Both the position numbers and the translations under genes were made by a program. From the NCBI GenBank assembly GCA_049303795.1, contig JBAQNM010000005.1:121597-185596 (forward strand): a DNA stretch of 64,000 nt, read 5' to 3'. This document shows positions 27,619 to 37,446 of the stretch, piece by piece. The stretch's first letter is position 1. The number at the start of each line of letters is the position of its first letter. This stretch comes from Candidatus Moraniibacteriota bacterium. GTDB taxonomy: Bacteria > Patescibacteriota > Minisyncoccia > Moranbacterales > UBA2206. Below the pieces are notes generated by a model. It worked only from the letters and a program-made list of their open reading frames with translations. It did no database searches and was not told the DNA's origin.

Positions 27619-28050
27619 TTATAATAAACTTTTTTGCTTTCCTTGTATATTCAAAGCTTCATTCACTAAAGCATCCGCGATGGAATTTTTCTCTCTGGGG
27701 ATATGCTTAAATATAACATTTTTGAAGTCTAACATCAAATTCCAAATTTCGATAAAATTCTTTTGCACATTTTCATCTTTGATTTTATACTCATGATTCA
27801 TTTGTTTCACAATAAGTTCACTGTCCAAATTGCATTCGATCTCATATTGTTTAGTTTTATCCTTGCCCAAAAGTTGTTTCAATTTTTTGAGACCATATAT
27901 CAAAGCTGAATATTCCGCCACATTATTCGTCGTCTCGCCAATACATTCTCCGTATTTTTTATCCAAAGTTTCAATCCAAACCCCAATCCCTGCTGGACCC
28001 GGATTACCCCTTGAACCTCCATCCGTGAATATCACTATTTTTTCTGACAT
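27619..28050 (-). CDS. rnhA: ribonuclease HI
   Basis: 143-aa ORF with IFTDGGSRGNPGPAGIGV and a conserved DEDD catalytic-residue pattern of type 1 RNase H. Confidence 0.8.
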   Translation of the reverse strand: MSEKIVIFTDGGSRGNPGPAGIGVWIETLDKKYGECIGETTNNVAEYSALIYGLKKLKQLLGKDKTKQYEIECNLDSELIVKQMNHEYKIKDENVQKNFIEIWNLMLDFKNVIFKHIPREKNSIADALVNEALNIQGKQKSLL

Positions 28051-28079
28051 AATTTTATCTGTTAATTATTTTTTAAAAA

Positions 28080-31000
28080 TTAATACTCGGTTTTTGCTAA
28101 TTTTTGAATTGCCTTAATGTTTCTAATTATTATTTGATATTTAAGCGGTATTTCTATATTTTCATCTGCCAAGCTACCAATGATTGTTCGTATGGCCGAA
28201 AAGCTATCCATCCTCCCCAAGCTCACTATCCACTCTTTACCAAGCTTCCATTCTATTTTTCGTTTGATAGCGTTCTTGATAAATCCTCTTTCTTTTTTGG
28301 TTTCCAAAACTAAATCCAGAAACTCTGACAAAAGCTCTCGTCCTTTTTTTCTATTTTCAAAAAGGTTTTTAAAAAATTCGGTTTCTTTAGGATTAAATCG
28401 CAAATACATATTTCGATCAATCACTCCAATACCCTGTCTGCCATCCGAATCTTCATTGATCATATAGTTTCCCCTGTGCGGGTCAGAATGAAAAATTGCT
28501 GTCGCATTATCTTTGAATTCGGGCAATTCCAATTGGCCAAGTTGATACTGGAAAAAATTTTTCAATGTCTCTACGGCCTCTATTTTGCTTTGACTTGGAA
28601 TATCTTTGGCCTCCAGGAATTTTCTGGCCGTTGTTCCAAGCGCTACTTCCTCTGATTTAAATTTTATCTTATCCAACATAACCGCTGGAGCATATAATCT
28701 ATTTCCGCCTTCTAAACCTTCGGAAAAATTTTCAATCACTTCTCGAAAATCAGAATCATCTTTTTCAAAATCCGTATAACTTATATCGCCAACACACCAA
28801 TTATTCCCCAAGTCATTTAAAATCTTCCCCCTTCTAGCTAAATTTTTATTATCCCTGCTGGACTTAGGATCGCTCTCAATTTCATCCAAGGCGGTAAATA
28901 AAGTTTTATAATTTGCTCCGACTATTGCCAAAGCATTAGGATTGAGCAATTTAACAACCACTTCCTTTCCAGGTGGATTTTTCAGAGTAGCAAAATAAGT
29001 GGTAAATAAACTTCCAGCTCCTGCTTTTTTTCCGATTCTATCGATATTTTTTATATATTCAATGACTTCTTGATCGCCATTTTGAAATCTGGTTAAAAGA
29101 TTCTCCCAAAAAATCAACTTGTTCACTAAGACATTAGAATCCAAGCAACTAGCTAATCGTTCCTGCACTTCTGGTTTAAAATCCATCATCTCCACCGAAC
29201 TTTGCATAATTCGAGTGGTCAGTGCATTTGTTTCCGCTGCCTTAATCAATCCTTCCAGACCAGGATCAATTTTTTTTATCCTGTCATTATCACTTTCTTC
29301 CATTCTTTCTCTTTCTGTCTCATCTTCTTCTAAAAACCCATGACTAAGTTTTTCTAAACAGGAATCGTATATTTCATCGCCCCTTTTGGCAATTTTAGCC
29401 ATTGGGCAATTGGGCGAATAGCGATAATTATGCCCAAACTTAACAATTTTCTTATTTGAACTTTTCATTATTCTTTCTAGCTTGCTTCTTGAAATTTCAA
29501 GATACCCACCTTTTTTATTTTTGTTCTTCTCCTTTTCCTTACTGTTTTCTAACGACTTTTTAAGCTCTTTATACTCTCCCATAATCTCTCCGTAGTCAAC
29601 AGCATTTTCATCCAGCGCAGAAAAAAGAAGCGGAGCCAGCATTGAGCACAAAGGAAAGCTCAAATAATGTCCCTCGGATTTAATACAAAGTTTTTTCACT
29701 AATTCCGCCAAAAAACTATCTTTTAAATTAAGCGATTTAACTGCCAATTCTCCCAGAGTATTCCTTTTTTCTTCGCTTGAAAAAGCACCATCAGAGTCGT
29801 TTAATAGCTTATGAACAATCCCCGCTCTTTCCATAAAACTCAAACTTTTCAATTCTTCGAAAAATTCCCTAAGTGTTTTAAATGAGCTTTTTGCCTCGTC
29901 ATTAACTAAAAATTTATTCTCTGTCTGATCAAACGAAACACTCCTATCCATTTTTAAAATAAAAAAAGCTCTCTCTGTTTCTTCAGTTTTAAAAGCATCT
30001 TGGCAGGTTCTTAACCAAAATTTAGCTAAGTTAGTGCTGATTTCTTTTTGACTTTTTTTATCCCCTAGGCACGTTTTTAAAATACTAATAAAACCTGAAT
30101 GGCCCAAAAAATCGCCTGCCATAGCAGTAACGGCATCCCCCTGAGCAATCCTATCTAATATTTTTGAACCGTTTAGATAATCATCCACCTTAATATTCAT
30201 TTTTTCCTTAAAAAATATATACTCGTCTATCGTTTCAATTTGCTCTGCAATCATCACCATCCCTTCGGGACCAATTTGATCGTAATTTTTGATAAGATGT
30301 TCAGTTTTATCAGCCAAAGAAACCTCTGGAAATTCAAGATACCTCTTGTTGATCTCCCGCAAGATATTTTTCTTAAACAACGAATTCGGAAAATATTTTT
30401 CGATAAACTGATACGCCATATCGTATTCTTCTTTTTTAATTCCTTTTTGAATAATTTTCAGAAAATCTTCTCGGGCAGTTGAAAAAAAGATATTATTAAA
30501 AATTTTTTCCGAAAATAAATCTATTTGCTCCAATATCTGATTATCGTCATCCAAAAGAGCCTTCAATCTTTTTTCGAGATTATTATAAAGTTCTTCTAAA
30601 TTTTCAAAATTACTCTCTTTATTTCCTTCCACTATTAAATCTTTAATTAATGGAAGTTCTGAAAATCTGGTATAATTTTTTATCTTAACCTCAACATTTA
30701 CCCCATCCTCCGTCCTCTTATTATTTCTTATTTCCGTGTTTTTGATTATGGTGGCAAGGACTATCTGTTTAACTACTTTCTCATCATCACTTCTATTCCC
30801 TATAAATAATAGCGGCCTAAGAATTTTCTCGAGTTCTTCCTTAGAAAATACAACATTATTGGCCTTAGCCTCAATTGCAAATTCATTCAAAGCCTTTTCA
30901 ATAATTTCATAAAACTCATTTGTATCCTGAGGAAAGAATAATATTGCTAAGTTTAGCTTCCAATTTAATTTAATTTTTTCCTTATTTATGGCGTGATCTA

Positions 31001-33092
31001 TTGTTTCGGAAATGCCATTTTGATCGTTTTCTAAAATATCCTTTTCTAACTGTAAAAAAACAGTTTCTAAGATTTCTCTTCTATTCTTATCATCCAATTT
31101 AGGATGCTCTAAGACCTCCCCTGCCTGACGCAAAAATCCATCCAAGTCTGCTTGACCAAACCTTAAGCAATAACTTAAATTACCATATACGGCGTTTTTA
31201 TAATATTTAATTAGCTCCTCTAGACTTAGCGGTGGTTCCTCATGCTTGGCATCTTCAGGAAAAATTTCTTCAAAAGCCTCCTTTCCCAACATTCCACTCT
31301 CCGGAAAAACAAAAAGTCTTCCCTCGATTATTTCCTTGGTTTTATCTCTCTCCGTTTTTTTCTCATCAAGCAAGTAATGATGCCACCTTGCCCCATCTCC
31401 ATTTTCTCTTAACAGCCCTTTTTCCTTGGCTTTTTCAAAAAACTCCTTTATTTTTTTTCGCTTTTCCACTTTCTCTCCCTTTGTCATCTTATTTCTTGTT
31501 GCCAGGTAATTCAGGTCAACATAACTCATTAAAATATCAGCTATAAATCTGTTACTTGAAATTTCTCTAATAATTTGTGAATGATTTATTTTCACCAATT
31601 CTTCTAAAAAACTTTCTTCATCGACTGAAATAGCCCATTCAATTTTACCTTCAAATTTTTCATTTAAAATATTTAAATGTTTAGAAAAAAATTCCAAAAA
31701 ATTTTTTGCTACATATTCAGGCAGTTCTTCGTGCTTATCCAAGGGAGATGAGATACCGAAAAAATCCACATCAAACACAATCCTACTGATTTCAGCGTAT
31801 TTTTCTTGAACTAAATTATCAAAATTATTTGAAATTTTATGAAAATTTTCTTGGCTCCTAAGCAAGTCTTGCATTTCTTTTTGATAGTACATGCCCCTCG
31901 ATTGCACTAGTGTACTTAAGAAAAAATCAACCTCTTCGCCTTTCCCCATTCTTTCTTGAACAAAAGAAAAGAAGGCTCGACTGAAAATCGCTCCAATTTT
32001 TTTCTCGTTTTCATCATAAGCATATTCTTGATGGGCTAAATATCTGCCAAAAACATCTCGTAGGTCTTTGGCATGCAACTTAGATATGGCAACCTTGACC
32101 GTTTCAAAAATTATTTTTTCATCTTTATCAGTTATTTCTGCTTGAATTTTCTGATAACCAGCCGTCCTTAAGAGTTTCGGGTAATCTTCTTTTATATTGG
32201 CAAATATTCCCAAAACCGCTTCCAGGTTTGATTTTTGACATTCTCTTGATAACTCTTCTGGTATGGGAGTAGGCGCTTTAGCACTGGTTTCGAAATCTTT
32301 CACATAGTGCAATCCCATCATCCCTGACGCGCGAGAATCTCCAGTCTGATGAATAGCGCCACGGCCTTCTGGAGAAATTTTCTTTATCCCTTCAAAACCA
32401 AAAGTGCTAAGCCCAACCTTCTCTAAATAATAAGGAGCTGAAAAATCCGCCGCGATTTCATGCGACCAATTAATTCCCAAGCTTCCCGTTTTTTTCTGAT
32501 TTTTGCGATGATTGTCATTCTCAGCTTGCTCAGAAGTTTTATGAACCAAATGCCCCACTTCATGCCCCAAAACGTAACCAATTTCGTCCAGCGAATCAAG
32601 TTTGTTTATAAGAGCCTGTGAAATAAAAATAGTTCCATCTGGATAAACAAAACCTCCAGCTTCTTCCATTTTGTTTATTATCACCACCTTAGCTTCCCCT
32701 GCATTTCTTCCTACTAGCATTTTATCCACGATGTCCTGCAAAATTCTGGTTCTGTCCGTTCCCCATTCCAGATCCTTGGTGCGACTAAGATAATCAAATT
32801 CTTTTTGTATTTCTTCTGTATGGTCTTCTTCAGAACCATCTTCAAATTTAAACCTAACCTCTCTTTGAATCTTCAATTTTTTTCCATTCTCAAAATCATC
32901 TTTTTCGTTTCTCATGCTCCTCGTCCTTTCCAAAAAACTTTCCAACTCAAGCGACTGATTCCTTAACCTATCCTTCAGTTCTCTGGTCTTTCTTTTTTCA
33001 AACAAAACACCCGCCGGTACAATATCCGCTTTTTTAGAAATCAACTCTGATTGAGGTTTTCCATTTGGGATAATATATTTAAGCTCTCCCAT
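28080..33092 (-). CDS. giant cytoplasmic multidomain protein: N-terminal M48-type HExxH zinc-metalloprotease-like domain, about 1100-aa helical region, C-terminal ABC1/UbiB-family atypical kinase domain
   Basis: 1670 aa with no TM or signal. FVYPDGTIFISQALINKLDSLDEIGYVLGHEVGHLVHK matches the M48 (HtpX/Ste24) consensus. Near the C-terminus, GKKAGAGSLFTTYFATLK...EVVVKLLNP and IFHSDPHRGNYMI...GRQGIGVIDRN match the ABC1/UbiB motifs. Confidence 0.6.
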   Translation of the reverse strand: MGELKYIIPNGKPQSELISKKADIVPAGVLFEKRKTRELKDRLRNQSLELESFLERTRSMRNEKDDFENGKKLKIQREVRFKFEDGSEEDHTEEIQKEFDYLSRTKDLEWGTDRTRILQDIVDKMLVGRNAGEAKVVIINKMEEAGGFVYPDGTIFISQALINKLDSLDEIGYVLGHEVGHLVHKTSEQAENDNHRKNQKKTGSLGINWSHEIAADFSAPYYLEKVGLSTFGFEGIKKISPEGRGAIHQTGDSRASGMMGLHYVKDFETSAKAPTPIPEELSRECQKSNLEAVLGIFANIKEDYPKLLRTAGYQKIQAEITDKDEKIIFETVKVAISKLHAKDLRDVFGRYLAHQEYAYDENEKKIGAIFSRAFFSFVQERMGKGEEVDFFLSTLVQSRGMYYQKEMQDLLRSQENFHKISNNFDNLVQEKYAEISRIVFDVDFFGISSPLDKHEELPEYVAKNFLEFFSKHLNILNEKFEGKIEWAISVDEESFLEELVKINHSQIIREISSNRFIADILMSYVDLNYLATRNKMTKGEKVEKRKKIKEFFEKAKEKGLLRENGDGARWHHYLLDEKKTERDKTKEIIEGRLFVFPESGMLGKEAFEEIFPEDAKHEEPPLSLEELIKYYKNAVYGNLSYCLRFGQADLDGFLRQAGEVLEHPKLDDKNRREILETVFLQLEKDILENDQNGISETIDHAINKEKIKLNWKLNLAILFFPQDTNEFYEIIEKALNEFAIEAKANNVVFSKEELEKILRPLLFIGNRSDDEKVVKQIVLATIIKNTEIRNNKRTEDGVNVEVKIKNYTRFSELPLIKDLIVEGNKESNFENLEELYNNLEKRLKALLDDDNQILEQIDLFSEKIFNNIFFSTAREDFLKIIQKGIKKEEYDMAYQFIEKYFPNSLFKKNILREINKRYLEFPEVSLADKTEHLIKNYDQIGPEGMVMIAEQIETIDEYIFFKEKMNIKVDDYLNGSKILDRIAQGDAVTAMAGDFLGHSGFISILKTCLGDKKSQKEISTNLAKFWLRTCQDAFKTEETERAFFILKMDRSVSFDQTENKFLVNDEAKSSFKTLREFFEELKSLSFMERAGIVHKLLNDSDGAFSSEEKRNTLGELAVKSLNLKDSFLAELVKKLCIKSEGHYLSFPLCSMLAPLLFSALDENAVDYGEIMGEYKELKKSLENSKEKEKNKNKKGGYLEISRSKLERIMKSSNKKIVKFGHNYRYSPNCPMAKIAKRGDEIYDSCLEKLSHGFLEEDETERERMEESDNDRIKKIDPGLEGLIKAAETNALTTRIMQSSVEMMDFKPEVQERLASCLDSNVLVNKLIFWENLLTRFQNGDQEVIEYIKNIDRIGKKAGAGSLFTTYFATLKNPPGKEVVVKLLNPNALAIVGANYKTLFTALDEIESDPKSSRDNKNLARRGKILNDLGNNWCVGDISYTDFEKDDSDFREVIENFSEGLEGGNRLYAPAVMLDKIKFKSEEVALGTTARKFLEAKDIPSQSKIEAVETLKNFFQYQLGQLELPEFKDNATAIFHSDPHRGNYMINEDSDGRQGIGVIDRNMYLRFNPKETEFFKNLFENRKKGRELLSEFLDLVLETKKERGFIKNAIKRKIEWKLGKEWIVSLGRMDSFSAIRTIIGSLADENIEIPLKYQIIIRNIKAIQKLAKTEY

Positions 33093-34800
33093 TTTTTAAA
33101 TCAATAATATTTAACTGTATCTTTTTATTTCCATTCCAGCTATCTTCTTGCAAATTAAACACTATGTCTATATTATCACCTTTTTTCAAGTCAGAAAATT
33201 TCTCTCCCAGCTTAAAAGCAATTGCCTCGAAAAGCTTAGGACTATTATCAGTGGCTTTTAATGTTAATTTTAAATGCTTACTACCATTACCAACTGCTCG
33301 CACATCACTAATTTGCATGTCTTTCATCATAAAAACCGGCTCCTTGTTTCCCATGCCAAAAGGCTCCATTTTTTTCAATTCCTCCATAAATTCCCAGTTT
33401 ATTTCTGAAGCCCTAATTTCCAAATCAATCAATAGTCTGGAAATTGTTTCCTTATTTTCAAGCTCTGCTTCAATTAATTCTGTCATTTTTGTGCAAAATT
33501 TTTCGAAATTTTCAGGAATAACTCGCACCCCGGCCGCTTGAGAATGTCCACCAAATTTAGAAAGCAAACTGGCACACTCCTCAATCTTTTCAATAATATT
33601 TAATTCCGGGATACTGCGCAATGATCCGACATACTCATCATCTTGAGCCTGAAAAACCACCACTGGCTTTCCGAATTTATCCACTGCTTTTCCAGCAACA
33701 AGCCCAAGGATTCCCACTGGCCAATTCGGATTTGCAACATAAATAAATTTTTTATCACTAAAATCACGTAGAGCAGTTTCCTCAATTTCCTTTATAATTT
33801 CCGTTGTCATCTTTTGCCTCTCTAAATTTTTAGCTTCAACATCCAAGGCCATCAGTCGAGCCTCCACACTATTCTTTTCCGCAATTAACCGATAAGAAAC
33901 GCTAGCATGATCCATTCTTCCAGCAGCATTAATCCTTGGAGCTATTTGAAAAGCAATTTTATGTGTATTAGGAATGCTATTTTCTGAAATTTCAATTCGG
34001 CCAACTTTAAACATTTCCTGCAATCCCACTCGACGCGTTTTTGATAAAACCACTAAGCCATATTTTACTAAAATTCGATTCTCACTCAAAAGTGGCACGC
34101 AATCTGCTACGGTTCCAATCGCCACTAAATCCAAAAACCACTTCAGTTGATCGTTTTTTTCCGGCATCATTTCTTGATATAATCCTTGCGCCAGCTTAAA
34201 TGCCACTCCCACGCCAGCTAAATCAGTAAATGCAAAGCCAGAATTTTCCAGATGAGGATTAATCACTGCCACAGCGCTTGGTAGAGCTTCCGGAATATGA
34301 TGATGATCTGTTATAATCACATCGATTCCTAAACTTCTAGCCTTTTCTACTTCGAAAATATTTGTAATTCCAGAATCAACAGTGATAATCAACGTCACTC
34401 CATCCTTTGCTAAAAACTCAATCGCTTTTTCATTCATACCATAACCCTCTAATTGACGATCAGGAATATAGTAAGTTAAATTGGAGAGTCCCAACTCTGA
34501 AAGAGCTTCAAACATTAAAACCGTTGCTGTCACACCATCAGCATCATAGTCACCAAAAATAACGATTCGTTCTTTTTGTTCTTTAGCTAAAACAATACGC
34601 GCTACAGCCTCACGCATACCTGAAACATTTTCAACATTTGAAAGATTGGCATAATCAGAGCTAAAAAAATCTTCGATTTCTTTTTGTGAAAAAACTCCAC
34701 GATCAGAAAGCAACGCTAAAACAATTGGGTCATATTTTTGCAAAATGATCTCATCAAATTTGATATTCTTTTTTTCTCTCAACTCCCATTTTTTTGGCAT
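33079..34800 (-). CDS. recJ: single-stranded-DNA-specific exonuclease RecJ
   Basis: DHH motifs (IFGDYDADGVT, VIITDHHH), DHHA1 domain and C-terminal OB fold. 573 aa. Confidence 0.85.
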   Translation of the reverse strand: MPKKWELREKKNIKFDEIILQKYDPIVLALLSDRGVFSQKEIEDFFSSDYANLSNVENVSGMREAVARIVLAKEQKERIVIFGDYDADGVTATVLMFEALSELGLSNLTYYIPDRQLEGYGMNEKAIEFLAKDGVTLIITVDSGITNIFEVEKARSLGIDVIITDHHHIPEALPSAVAVINPHLENSGFAFTDLAGVGVAFKLAQGLYQEMMPEKNDQLKWFLDLVAIGTVADCVPLLSENRILVKYGLVVLSKTRRVGLQEMFKVGRIEISENSIPNTHKIAFQIAPRINAAGRMDHASVSYRLIAEKNSVEARLMALDVEAKNLERQKMTTEIIKEIEETALRDFSDKKFIYVANPNWPVGILGLVAGKAVDKFGKPVVVFQAQDDEYVGSLRSIPELNIIEKIEECASLLSKFGGHSQAAGVRVIPENFEKFCTKMTELIEAELENKETISRLLIDLEIRASEINWEFMEELKKMEPFGMGNKEPVFMMKDMQISDVRAVGNGSKHLKLTLKATDNSPKLFEAIAFKLGEKFSDLKKGDNIDIVFNLQEDSWNGNKKIQLNIIDLKNGRA

Positions 34801-34809
34801 TTATTTATT

Positions 34810-35370
34810 TCACCCGCATTTCGGACAAATTATTTTTGCGTTAAATTCTCCCTTCTCGAGATCAACAACTTTCAAGACGACAACGATTTCTTCCTGACAA
34901 TCAGGACACCTCAAGCCTTCTTTTAATTTCAAATCATTACTTAAGCGACTAGCATCCATTTCGACACTATTCAATTTCAAAGAATACGTAGCTGAATCAA
35001 ATAATGCATTTACTTGAGTCACGACTTCTTTAGGCGTAGTCATGCCCATTACGAAAAAATTTTTTATTCCCATCTTTAAAGCTTTTTCATGATCCTCTTC
35101 GCGCCCCATGTGCGACGACATGACAATAGGGATTCCGCTTGTAGAAATATTTTTACTTAAACCCTCCTTTAATCCAAAACCATCCATACGTGGCATCATA
35201 ATCCCGGTAAAAATAATATCGGGAATCTCCTTTGTTGCCTTATCCATACCTTCAACTCCATCAGTCGCCTCAATCACTTCATAACCTTCGCTTTTGAAAA
35301 CATCGGCATATACGCTCCTAATCGATTCATCGTCATCAACAATTAATATTTTACGCTTTGTTTTTTCCAT
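34810..35370 (-). CDS. atypical orphan response-regulator receiver domain fused to a C-terminal C4 zinc ribbon
   Basis: REC fold with the acidic pocket (VDDDES), but the phospho-acceptor position aligns to Gly (DIIFTGIMMPRMDG versus consensus llDxxMPxmdG). The C-terminus has CPDC...CPKCG. No histidine kinase gene nearby. Confidence 0.65.
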   Translation of the reverse strand: MEKTKRKILIVDDDESIRSVYADVFKSEGYEVIEATDGVEGMDKATKEIPDIIFTGIMMPRMDGFGLKEGLSKNISTSGIPIVMSSHMGREEDHEKALKMGIKNFFVMGMTTPKEVVTQVNALFDSATYSLKLNSVEMDASRLSNDLKLKEGLRCPDCQEEIVVVLKVVDLEKGEFNAKIICPKCG

Positions 35371-35380
35371 TTTATTTAAT

Positions 35381-37444
35381 TTAAATAATTATTTTCACAT
35401 CGACTGCGATAGCCTCTTTCTTATTATTATAAATCAAAAGCGGATTAATATCGAATTCTAAGACGCTATCTATTTCTGAAGAAAAATCACCCAATGCCAA
35501 AATAATATTATTAATCTCTGCTAAATTGTAGGTCTTTTGTCCACGTGTTTCACGAAACAAGAATCCCAGCTTTCCTGACTGCAAAATTCTTGAAATTTCT
35601 TGCTCTGAAAATGGCGGGATAAACATTTCGGCAATTTTAAATATCTCAGTGTAAATTCCTCCCAAACCACAAAGTATTACCGGACCAAATGTAGCATCTT
35701 TCTTAATACCTAAAATCAATTCCGTTCCATGCGCCAACATTGGCTGAATAATTAATTTAGCACCAGGAAAATTATTGCGCATTTTATCGAAAGCTGTTTT
35801 TAAATCTGCTTGATTTTTAATATCCAAAATCAATCCCTGCTTATCAGTTTTATGCAACACCGCGTCACTGTCAACCTTCATAACAACCGGAAAATTATTC
35901 AACATTGGCAATTCCGCGCCTGCTTCAATTTCGATCACTTCAACAGTTTTTATTCCATACATATCCATAATTTCTCGACTTTCAGAAAAATATAATGCTG
36001 ATCTATTTTCATTTTTGGCATTTTTAATTATCTCTGATATTTTTCGATGCCTTTCTTCGTTAATATTTCTTTTTTTAATATTTACCCTTTCTATTTGAAA
36101 ATCATTCCAACGAGAATAACCGTCAACAGCGATCACAGCCGAATCTGGAAAACTAAAGTTACATACACCATTTTGTCTAAGTTTTTCAATCCCCCGCTCC
36201 ACCTTTTCTCCGCCCAAAAAAACAGCCGCTATAGTCTTGTCGGTTTTTTCTTTAAAATTTATTATCTCCTGAGCAATTTCATCCACTGGTGTTTGCTCCT
36301 GAGGAGTTAGCAGGCAAATTATACTACCGATTTCTTCGATTTTAGAAATTACTTCGAGTACATTTTTATAACGATCGGCATGTGCATCACCCAAAAGATC
36401 AATTGGATTTTCCACTGATGATTCCTCAGGAAGAAATTCTCGTAATTTATTTTTTGTTTCTTCAGTTAAGATTGCTAATTGAATCTTTTTTCCACTAAAA
36501 GCATCAGAAATTAGCACACCAGCTCCACCGGCGTTAGTAATGATTACGACCTTTTTATTTTGAATTTCTCGAGAAAAACTAATAAAAGTTACCAAATCAA
36601 AAAATTCCTCCAAATTATCAGCCCGTAAAACACCAGCTTTTTCAAAAACTGCGGAAACAACTTCATCATTTCCAGCTAATGCGCCTGTGTGGGAGCTAAT
36701 AGCTTTTTGAGTTTTTTCATTTTTTCCCGCTTTCAAAATTACAATCGGCTTTACTCGCGAAACTCTTTGAGCGATTTCAATGAATTTTTTCCCCTCTTTT
36801 ATTCCTTCCAAATACATTCCGATTACTTTAGTATTTTCATCTTGCGCTAGATATTCCAACATTTCCGCTTCTGTAATTTGCATCTTATTTCCAATAGAAA
36901 CAATATTAGAAAATTTTATTCCTTCTTTTTTCGCTTTATCCATAAGAGCCACAGCTAAAGCACCAGACTGAGAAATAAAAGAAATATTCCCCGCTTCAGG
37001 CATTCCTCCAGCAAAAGAAGCATTCAGTCTTAATTGCGGGACGATAAAACCTAAGCAATTTGGACCCAAAATATTGAGATTATTTTCCCTAGCAATCTGC
37101 GCCAAAACTTCTTCCTGTTTTTTCCCCTCATCTCCAATCTCTGAAAATCCTGCTGAAATAACCACGTAGTTCTTTATTTTTTTTGCATTATTCTGAATTT
37201 CCTGATTCACAAATTTTGCCGGAATAGCTATGATCGCCAAATCAATTTCAGCCTCTATTTCATCTAGAGCTTTATAACACTTCTTGCCAAAAATTTCATC
37301 GTATTTTGGATTAACCAAATACACCTCACCTTCAAAGCCAAGCTCCAAGATGTTCCTCGCCATCACAGTACCAATCTTTCCAACTTCTTCCGAAGCACCA
37401 ATAATAGCAATTGATTTTGGTTTAAAAAGTTTTTCTAAATTCAT
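35381..37444 (-). CDS. acetyl-CoA synthetase (ADP-forming), fused alpha/beta subunits
   Basis: N-terminal CoA-binding Rossmann (IAIIGASEEVGKIG), succinyl-CoA-synthetase-like flavodoxin domain, C-terminal ATP-grasp domain. 687 aa. Confidence 0.75.
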   Translation of the reverse strand: MNLEKLFKPKSIAIIGASEEVGKIGTVMARNILELGFEGEVYLVNPKYDEIFGKKCYKALDEIEAEIDLAIIAIPAKFVNQEIQNNAKKIKNYVVISAGFSEIGDEGKKQEEVLAQIARENNLNILGPNCLGFIVPQLRLNASFAGGMPEAGNISFISQSGALAVALMDKAKKEGIKFSNIVSIGNKMQITEAEMLEYLAQDENTKVIGMYLEGIKEGKKFIEIAQRVSRVKPIVILKAGKNEKTQKAISSHTGALAGNDEVVSAVFEKAGVLRADNLEEFFDLVTFISFSREIQNKKVVIITNAGGAGVLISDAFSGKKIQLAILTEETKNKLREFLPEESSVENPIDLLGDAHADRYKNVLEVISKIEEIGSIICLLTPQEQTPVDEIAQEIINFKEKTDKTIAAVFLGGEKVERGIEKLRQNGVCNFSFPDSAVIAVDGYSRWNDFQIERVNIKKRNINEERHRKISEIIKNAKNENRSALYFSESREIMDMYGIKTVEVIEIEAGAELPMLNNFPVVMKVDSDAVLHKTDKQGLILDIKNQADLKTAFDKMRNNFPGAKLIIQPMLAHGTELILGIKKDATFGPVILCGLGGIYTEIFKIAEMFIPPFSEQEISRILQSGKLGFLFRETRGQKTYNLAEINNIILALGDFSSEIDSVLEFDINPLLIYNNKKEAIAVDVKIII

Positions 37445-37446
37445 AT

